A stretch of 64,000 bases of DNA from Cycas panzhihuaensis (lineage: Eukaryota; Plantae; Cycadophyta): contig CM041465.1 in assembly GCA_023213395.1 (NCBI GenBank), positions 248,627,741-248,691,740 of the forward strand, written 5' to 3'. The first letter of the stretch is position 1. Every line of letters begins with the position of its first letter. The notes under the pieces are model-generated. The model made no database searches. It was not told the origin of the DNA and saw only the letters and a list, made by a program, of their open reading frames with translations. This document shows positions 55,492 to 64,000 of this stretch, piece after piece. A program made the position numbers and the translations under genes.

Positions 55492-56399
55492 CCCCTTCCT
55501 CCTTGATGGAAGAGGGGGAAACTCACCTCTGCTCTAAAATGAGCCTAAACTACCCTTCATTCATGGTGCCAAATACCCTTATAAGAGACATGGCATGTAT
55601 TCAAGCTTTACTTTACTTCTACTTGCTATGAGGGATGGTGATACCCCCTGCCATGAGGGGGGTAGACCCCTCTCCAATAAGTTAGACTTTCTTTCAATCT
55701 GTGGGAAATGGATATTCTCCCATGAGGGATATTTCTCCACACCCACATCAAATCCCCCTATTGATCCATAGCCATGGGCTAGATTGAACCCATGGGGGAA
55801 ACTTTATTCCATCACAAACGTAAGTTGTCACCCTAAAAAGAGTAAATAACATCAAAACTCATCACTCTTTAAGAACCTTTGGGTGATTGATACCCATTAA
55901 ATCTTTTTCTTTTTTAATGCCCATGATTAGTGCCCTAAGCTCTGAGAGAGCCTAGTTAATCTTCCACCTTGGGTATGAGTACCTCTATGTGGGGCCCTCC
56001 TTTTATGCCCAAGCTCTTTCCCTTATGTAGAGGTAGTACTTAAGGTCATTATCCTTGCCTTAGGGGGGCATGTAGTCCCTCTACTTTAGTGCCATATGAG
56101 ATGCCTAACTATATAAAGGTGATTATATGTGTGCCTAGTGTATGAGCTCCAAGCCATGGATAAGGTAAAGTAATAATGCTAAATATGAGCCAAAGAGCCA
56201 GCATACATAGATATCCATCAACATAAAATATGACACCAATTTGGTCCCCATCTATATATATACAAGTATGGAATAATGATATAATAGTAAATCAACGTAA
56301 TGCACTAAAGGAAGTCAAGATCCTTGTAGGGGATATACTATTGTCCTCTCAAATTAGATGCATATATAGTATAGAAACCCCTTAGAGGTCCAAGCTTTC

Positions 56400-58180
56400 C
56401 TATAACTAAAATGAATCATCATTCAAACTCCCTAGGGCTACCTAGAGATAGTCATAGGCTATCATCCTCAGGCTATCCTATCCTTTGTCATGTGGCTTAG
56501 GTCCCACCAAAACTCCTCTTGGGTCACTGCGAGGTCTTAACCTCTTTTTCCTCATCTCACACCTAGCCCTCATTCCTCAAATTGCCTATGGGAAGGTGTC
56601 ACCATGTGTGTCCATGATGACTTGGCTGCCATCTGGTCTAGCCTATTGTTGTATGTCTAGAGTCAATCTCACTCCTCTTAGACCTTAACCAACCAACCTT
56701 GCATCTCTTAGAGTAGATTTTGCTCCCCCTAGATCTTGAATAACCATCTGTAAGCATCTTAGAGTTGTGACTCTAGGACTATAATCCTCACCTCGACCCC
56801 TACAACCACCTATGGAGGTGTTGCTACTACTAAAGATTCTCCTCTCCTATACATGCCTCTAAGTCCCTCACTCGAGCTTGCAGTTGATCCCTCTCTATCT
56901 AAAGATAGGCCCACTTTGTCTACCCCTCCTATGCTTCTACAACCCATATATCCTTGACCTTAAGAAGGGAAGTAAATGTGGCAGTGTATGGGTGTGTTGA
57001 CTCTAACTCTTTACTATTGATTATAGGAAGTTATCCCTTTACACATACCCAAGGGAACAACTCATCCATCACTCTATATACTAACTCTATCATAATACCT
57101 TCTCCTACCAACCAAGTAAATCCATGTGTTAGTAAGGATACTAGCATGGAGATAATATCAAAAAACCACTCAATAAATAGATGTAAATAAAGACCATGGC
57201 TAGAAAGGAGAAGGGGATACCTCTTAGAGTAGTTAGTACCCTTAGTACTACCTCCTCTCCAACCCCTAAGACCTCCTCTCCCTCAATGACCATGGCCTCC
57301 TTGCCAGTAGTAGCCATAGCTTCATCCCCCTCTAATCAAGTGGCTACATCTCCCTCACTGGCCTTATCTCCTAACTTTATTGCTACTCCCTCTCCCTCCT
57401 CATCACTGTTCTAATGGATGATGTAATATAGATGGTACACATAATCATCCAGGGTTAGCAAATTTAGAGATGTGGCAACAATCAACCTCTTAACCTACTC
57501 CAGCTCTTTGATGTTCCTGAAGTAGAAAGGGTATCAATAAATAAGGGGCTCATTTGATGACACTGGTTGAGGGCCTACCATTGGTCCTACTCCCCTGAAG
57601 TGACCAAAGAACTAGCACTAGAGTAGGGAGCAATAGGAGAAGTCATCGTGTCCTGCCATCCAAATATGATCTAATTAGGATGTGATATTAGCCACTATTA
57701 GAGCACCCCGGTCCAATCTCTATCCCTCCTTATAGTAATAAATGGACTCCATCCATCCTCCTAGGACGTCCGTGTAATTCTATTTTGAAGAAATCTATAA
57801 TAAAATGGCAAAAATAATAAGCTTCCTTGGGTAAGGAATATGTGTTGCCATAATGGTTATGATTGATGCCCCACCCTGATTTTAGTAGCCCCTACCATAG
57901 AAAAATTAGGTTGCCTCCTAATGTGTTATATCTATGCTAAGTAAGACCCCTAATATAGTTAGTGCTCCACTCGTTAGAACCCCTAAGATCCTCCATATAT
58001 ATGATGGGGTGATCATTAGGTCTCTAACACTAGGCAGGTGAAACACATGCCTCCTACAATCCTAGTGAGATATGATGTCTATCAATAGCACCTAATTAGA
58101 GGTGTACTATCATAAATTGACCACTTTGAGTCACCTACATCACCTTTAAATGCCACCAGTTAGTCACCTACTAGACAATG
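56400..58180 (-). pseudogene. Antisense PMD (plant mobile domain)-like gene relic of B
   Basis: Minus-strand VLLIDIISH*DCRRHVFHLPSVRDLMITPSYIWRILGVLTSG (~57970-58090) fits the PMD W..HTFHLP..TITL.DV..ILG..G pattern. RDWTGVL at ~57710. Acidic and coiled-coil-like tail. Confidence 0.65.
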
Positions 58181-59380
58181 GAAGAAAACCTTCCTCTTAG
58201 ATAAGTAAAAACAAGCTATATTTTGAGCAAAACATTTAAAAAAAAAATATTAATTCTATTTTGTACCTTAAAGAAATTTGTAGTACGATAAATAATTAGG
58301 CAGTCTACAATCTGTATCCTCTAATTTTTTCTACAGTATCACATCTATATATGTGATACTATAGAAAACTCTGCGATACCAACATGCCTACCCTAAAAGA
58401 AAAAAATTATCTCTATACTACCCTTATATGGACCTAAACTAGGCCCATAAGGATCAAAGCACCTATAAACCCTTCTATAGCCCCGTAAGGAACTAAATAG
58501 GTCTTGTTAAGCCCTATAATCTTAAAAATAGATATTATTCAACTACTAAAAAGTACAATGACAAAAACAAGTAAAAAACTAGCTCAAAATCAAGATCCAC
58601 TCACTAGGTCTGCCCTCGCTACTACCATGATGTCCTCCAGATCTTGAAGACTCCTCCCATGTGATGATCTAATGACTAGATCCCTCCTGGCAAGATTATG
58701 AAGGTAATAGAAATTAGGGATGATATAGGGATTCTCTAAGAAATTTGAATAGGTAATAGTAAGAATGAATTCTGAATTCTCAACCAACCTATTTTTATTT
58801 GACATCCTTTACTAGACTCCCTGAAGCTCTTTGTCTATTTTCCATTTCAATCAAGCCATTAGATTGGTGTCTTTGGGACCATTCTTACCTCCTTAAGGAC
58901 CTGGGCCCTCTTTGGCTCCTCGATATTATTTTTATCACCTTTTATGGGTAATATTAATAGTTTATACCCTTCTCTAAGGAGGCACTTTTACCCTTAAACT
59001 CACTTGTTCAAAACCCTATTAGTACCTATACTCCTTAGTTCTATATTAATGCATTGATCTCTTATTTTATGCCTATATTAGCCCCTTATATCACCCAACA
59101 AAATCTTGCTCTCTTTTTTTAGCCTTCTATTAAGTTTTAATTAACCTTGGTTCTGATTAATGAGTTTCCTATGCTATCACCTCTCCCTCCCATAGGGCAA
59201 ATCCTCCACAAGCCTTGTTGCCTAGCCATAAGTCTCTCTTATCCTCTGAATAAGTAATTTTTTTTGTGACTTTTGGGATGCATTATTTTTTTCATTTAAG
59301 TTTCTTCTCTCTTCATATTTTTCCCTTATGAAAGGGTAACATTTATCTATTTTTTAAAGTTACAGCCATTGTCCTTCTCC

Positions 59381-59782
59381 ATGGCCTTACTCATCTCCAT
59401 TGATGGAGCTAGTCGTGGCAACCCAAGGACCTCTACTGTAGCTTAGATCATCAATGATCCTTCTAGATATATTCTCATATATTTAGGGATCTATTTACCT
59501 AAAGCTAGGAACAATGAAGTAGAGTATATAGTTATCATTGAGGCCTTGACTGACATGCTTCATCTCCATAGTGGCCTCATTATCTTGCATTATGACTCCT
59601 AGATCATAGTGTCTCAGTTGACCTAGGTCTAGCGAGTCCTTTATCTTAGGTTGAGGTCACTAGCTATGGCACCTAGATCACTATTAGCTTATTTCCCCTT
59701 AGTTAATATTTGGTATATCCCTCATGACCAAAATGTGGAAGTTGATAGACTAGTTAATCTCATCCTTGAGCATCACTTGTAG
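59381..59782 (+). pseudogene. aRH: Stand-alone additional (archaeal-like) RNase H ORF of B
   Basis: MALLISIDGASRGNP...KARNNEVEY...YDS*IIVSQL...IPHDQNVEVDRLVN reads in one frame with four internal TAG stops. Catalytic D, E, D, D positions are recognisable. Confidence 0.92.
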
Positions 59783-60287
59783 CTTTTAGATTCCCTTTCA
59801 ACCCAATGGGCACCCCATTAAAAAGGGTCTTAAGGAGCAACCCCCTATTTTTCTTCCTTCACCTCTAAAAATGGCTACTAATGAGGTAAAATTATGGCAA
59901 TAAAGACCTTTATCCACTTAGCTTTTATCTTTGTTGGTGCAATGAGGCATCCCCTCATCTCTCTAAAGGCTTCTTTGGGTTTTCAAACTTGATTTTAAAG
60001 TCATGCCACCTACTTGGTACATTACTAAGGAACCCCCTTTGTCATTACCTTTTGCCTGCACACACTTAGGATTCATGGTCACTCACATTATGATCATTTT
60101 GGTTATACACCCATGTCCCTCCTTAACTTCTGCCTCTCAATTATGCACTCATTGCAACACTCATTACCCCTTTGTGACCTACACACATTTGACTTCCAAT
60201 TATTATTCATATTAATAGCATTTATATTAATAGCATTCACCATCATCACAACTTTAGAGTGACCAGGTTCTACTACCAAGGGGGCAG

Positions 60288-62492
60288 TGTTTCCCAGTTA
60301 CTAAGAATGGATCAAGAGATGATGACACATAGGTAAGTGAAGGTACGTATCTCTTCCTCTACTCGTAGCTTTACAGTCATATTATTCATCTAGGATGATG
60401 ATTTGGTACATGTTTGATGCTGACTTAACTTGCCTACCTCCTCTTTTATGTTGATGAGAATTAAGACTCTAGTCCAATAGCCCCAAAGCCCCCCATCATG
60501 GTTTAATAGTCAGCGAGGTGATCCTTCTGCTATCCCTGCAACTTCATTTCTATCAGATTTTTAATCTATGGCTATTTGTCTCACTTTATTTTCTGCTTTG
60601 ATTATATATGGTTTATCATTTAGTGACCTTAGGATCAATATGCAAGAGTTAAAAGTGATGATAGGTGGCTTTAAAGTTGATTTTTTATGAGATGCTATAA
60701 TATTGTGTTGATCTTTGTTGGCAACAATAGTACCATGGAGTATTTTACGGTATCGCACATATGTTCACAATACCGCAAAGAACTTTATGGTACAACTATT
60801 ACAATAATCAATCGTAACTAACAACATTCAAATTACATAATTAATGCCTCCTTATTAGGCCTAGTAGACCGTGGTAGGCCCAGGTCAATGCAAAATAGTC
60901 TAGGGAGGCTCCCTAATTCACCAAGCTACTATTCTATTTGAATTTAGAGTGGATTCATTTGAGTTAAGCCATGGAAATCCATGGTTTCTAGGGACAATTT
61001 CTTACATGAAACCGCCACCTTAACACCTTGATTTCTCCTATAAAATCCCTTATTTTTTAGGAAGGGAGGTTCCCTTGGTTTTCATTAGTTTCATCCTTTC
61101 ATAAGCTAAGTTCATTCTTCCAATCTTAGTTTAGATTTCATACATTCTCATGCTTGGTTAGGTTGAGTTTATATGTTCATTCTTGGTTGGACTTGGTGGA
61201 GATCCTCACTCTTGATCTAGATTCTCACTAGCTTGGCTCTATTTTCTTATTCTTGGGATTGAACACCTTAGATTACTATCATCCTTAGCCTTATTTTTTC
61301 AATGATCAATGAGATTTACTTGATTTAGGCTTGGAACATTAAGTAATTGCCACTATTTTCATTAGAGCAAGACTTGGAAGGAGGCATCCACCAGCTCAAG
61401 AAGGTTTAAGGCAGATTACCTATGCAGCTATCAACTCCTTCTCATTCCTCACTCTTAGGTAATCCCATTCTTATTACATAGTGAAGGCCAAGCTTTTCAA
61501 GGAGTTTCAAAAGACTTAATAGTGGATCATGTCTTCTAAGGTGAGCTATTCCTTCTTGTTTCATTTATTTCTTAGCATTATCAATTTCTGCTATTTTACA
61601 TTATGTTGTTAATTTGATTTGGGGTGGGTAAGTGGTGCCCCTCACCTCACAACATCATTGTGGAAAAGCAGCTATAAGGCAATATCAAGGAAAGGGATAA
61701 TCACCAGTTAGTTCTATCATGGGTATATCCTCCACCATCTTTTCCTATCTCTCTTTTTATTATGTATAGGCTTTATCTCTTTGGTTGTATGCATCCCCTA
61801 TTCCAGTTGTTTCCTTTTTTTAAAAGAATGTGAAGAAAGGAAGGGAAAAGAGACAGTAAAGGAAGAAAAGAGAGAGTGTTGTATAATTCTATTACCCTTC
61901 ATACCTCCCCTTTTTGTCCTCCATTCCTCTTTATTTTGCTTTGAAAAATTGTAAAAAGAAAAGAAAAGAAAAGAGGATAAAAGAGAGTGAAAGAAGAGTG
62001 AGATTTGATATTTCTTGTAAGTTGCTTTTATTTAACTACTTGGTTGTTTCTCATTTTTATAATATATGTATAAATAACCAATAGTAAGAAAGAACCCTGA
62101 ATAGAATACATAACTACCCCTTAACCCAAAACAAGAGAAAAGAATAACCTAAACCCCTTCCACCTTCTTTACCATACCCTTTCCCTATGACGAGGCCCCT
62201 TCTTTTACCACCTACTATAAGAGGATAGGAGAAGCCCTACTTAGGCAACCCAGTAATCTAAGGAAGCTAAGCCACCCATATCCCAAAGACTCATCTACCA
62301 AAAAACTTAAGGCCTTGTATGTGAAGAAGGGAGCACGTGCTACATGAGTCTTGAATCTGTGCCTAAGTGGTACACTGATGCTTTTCATGGGTAAACATGA
62401 GTCATGTTATATCTCTTTAGGCCCCCATACCTTAGGACTATTGCCCATAGGTGCACAGTTGCCTCTTGTTACCCTTGGCAGGCACACTTCTA
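60288..62492 (+). repeat. 3' LTR of B
   Basis: Starts TGTTTCCCAG after the PPT, ends CACTTCTA, followed by TSD GTAGT. Confidence 0.93.
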
Positions 62493-62497
62493 GTAGT

Positions 62498-64000
62498 AAA
62501 TAAGTACATAAATCTTTGAGATATTAAATTTAATTAACAAACATAATTTGAAGAGAAGGATTCCACTATGAGAAAGAATAAGTTTCAAGCTTTCTAATGA
62601 GTGGTTGAAGTCCTAAAATAGACAGTAAAAGAAAATGTTATCATTGTTCAAAGTTAGAGGGTTTGAAACTCACTAGTTATAAATTTGGAAAATTTTCATT
62701 AAGGTGATAATTTTGAAGGGATAAAATATTATTTCAAATTAATTCTTAACCTTAGATAATTATTCCATGATTAAGATCATGTTGAGAACTTTTTAATGAG
62801 TGATAGGACTCCAAAATTAGATGTTGTATGAGAAAGTTATAGCCATTTAAAGTGTTGGAATATGTGATTTAATAATTGCATATGTAATGTTTAATATTGA
62901 TGTGAGATATACACATACACAATCTCACCATTCATATATATTAACATATGTGAGATACACACATCTCTATATAAAAATTCTATTAGATAATGAAAAGGCT
63001 AAAAAAAAATGGTAGGCTACTTATGAGGTGAATATTGATATAAATATGAACACATACCACTTAAGAACTTAAGAGAGAAAGGTCTAAGACCTAAAGTTAT
63101 AATTATTCTAATAATTAAGAGTAGCTTCCAATTCCACCTTCTCCCATAGTTTTTCATACACTAAGTTTTCTACATATAAATCTATTGTCTCTCTTGTGGT
63201 GAATTTTATAATGCTTGTTGATGTATATTTCTATTTCTATTATGCTTATTTTTACATGTGTACATAACTCACGAGATTCTTTTGGCATTATAACTGTATC
63301 TCATAATTTTGCTATATTATTCTCTATATTTTTATAATGGTATCAAAGTGTAATTATAAATTATAATACAAAACTAGCTCTTCACATTGAAATTTTCAAG
63401 TTAAGACCTTTATGTCTTGACTTTCATGTCAAATCCTTTATGTTGAGACTTTTCATGTTGAGATTTTTCTTTATAAGTATGCCAACCTCATTGCAATGAG
63501 CAAATCTCTTAAGAGAAAACAACACTTTACTAAAATGGCCATAACTTTATTAATACTTAGATGCTTTACGCATTCCACCTATCACTTCAAATCTCTTTCA
63601 AAGAGATATCTATCTATAAAAAAAATGATTTTATACCTAATAAATATATAAGTCAACATTTTTATATTTTTTTATAGAATTAACTCAGTTAAATGAAAAA
63701 TCACTTCTAAACAACCTTCTGTTAATTTTATAATATATCATATATTTGAAGTCAAATTTAGACGATTCTAGTTATGTAGGAATCTTATTCCAAAGGTAAT
63801 CACCTCTATGTAATTAAATTTAATTATACATACTTATAAAATGTATATATTATTATGAAACATGAAAAAGATGTGTAGTGGTAGTGTGCATAGTAATTTA
63901 TTAACTTTCATAGTTTCATTCATAACTTCTTGTTAGTTAACAAATTTTACTAAATTAGTCTTATTGGAAGTATAATAAAAGCATCTTAACACTTGGATAA
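62498..64000 (+). repeat. 3' LTR of C, continuation (interrupted by G)
   Basis: Matches 29005-29325 and 35589-36210. Confidence 0.88.
62853..63370 (+). mobile_element. Fragment G: LTR + PBS of the same family as solo LTR F
   Basis: TGTTGGAATATGTGA..CTCACGAG..TTTATA (62853-63336), then TGGTATCAAAG (63338) and ~20 nt. Absent from the 5' LTR of C. Confidence 0.8.

Larger units (their letters stand above)
43558..62492 (+). mobile_element. Element B: full-length Ty3/gypsy Tat-clade LTR retrotransposon (degenerate), related to A
   Basis: LTRs 43558-45781 and 60288-62492. TSD GTAGT (43553-43557 and 62493-62497). PBS TGGAGATAATATTGGGGA 45783-45800. PPT AAGGGGGCA 60278-60286. gag-PR-RT-RH-INT plus 3' aRH. 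Confidence 0.94.
28499..64000 (+). mobile_element. Element C: chromoviral Ty3/gypsy (Tekay-like) retrotransposon with nested insertions; 3' LTR runs off the window
   Basis: 5' LTR 28499-37698 (split by D), PBS TGGTATTAGAGC 37701-37712, gag-pol with chromodomain, PPT GAGGGGGA 43032-43039, 3' LTR from 43040 (split by B and G). Confidence 0.9.

Noticed and set aside
57196-57414. Ser/Pro-rich plus-strand ORF as a gene
   Set aside because: It is the shadow of the purine-rich (E/G-coding) antisense PMD-like gene.

Overview
AT-rich, strongly CpG/CHG-depleted plant nuclear DNA, probably from a large-genome vascular plant such as a gymnosperm (inference). It consists almost entirely of old, nested, degenerate retroelements, and no intact host gene is seen. 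Left to right: a possible host exon (1-207); Ty1/copia gag and Ty3/gypsy relics (1.9-6.4 kb); Tat-type gypsy element A (7118-21620, 2.3-kb LTRs, TSD GTATA, RT-RH-INT deleted); an LTR+PBS relic interrupted by a minus-strand L1 LINE (22.0-28.1 kb); and chromoviral gypsy element C (28499 to beyond the window end). C hosts copia element D in its 5' LTR, solo LTR F in its RT, and both Tat-type element B (43558-62492, TSD GTAGT) and LTR fragment G in its 3' LTR. B in turn hosts a non-autonomous LTR element E (49866-52486, TSD CTATC). The most notable signal is the 3' accessory region of A and B, which has three parts. (i) A stand-alone extra RNase H ORF with its own ATG and an upstream splice acceptor. 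(ii) An antisense, apparently intron-containing plant-mobile-domain (PMD)-like gene; (i) and (ii) lie in opposite order in A and B. (iii) A recurrent structured motif, NCTC-TGRA..AAT-GAGN-N-TAAACTAY, with covarying stem bases; it marks module boundaries in both elements and forms a 7-unit repeat-spacer array at 18509-18860. All calls come from manual reading and translation; no database searches were run.
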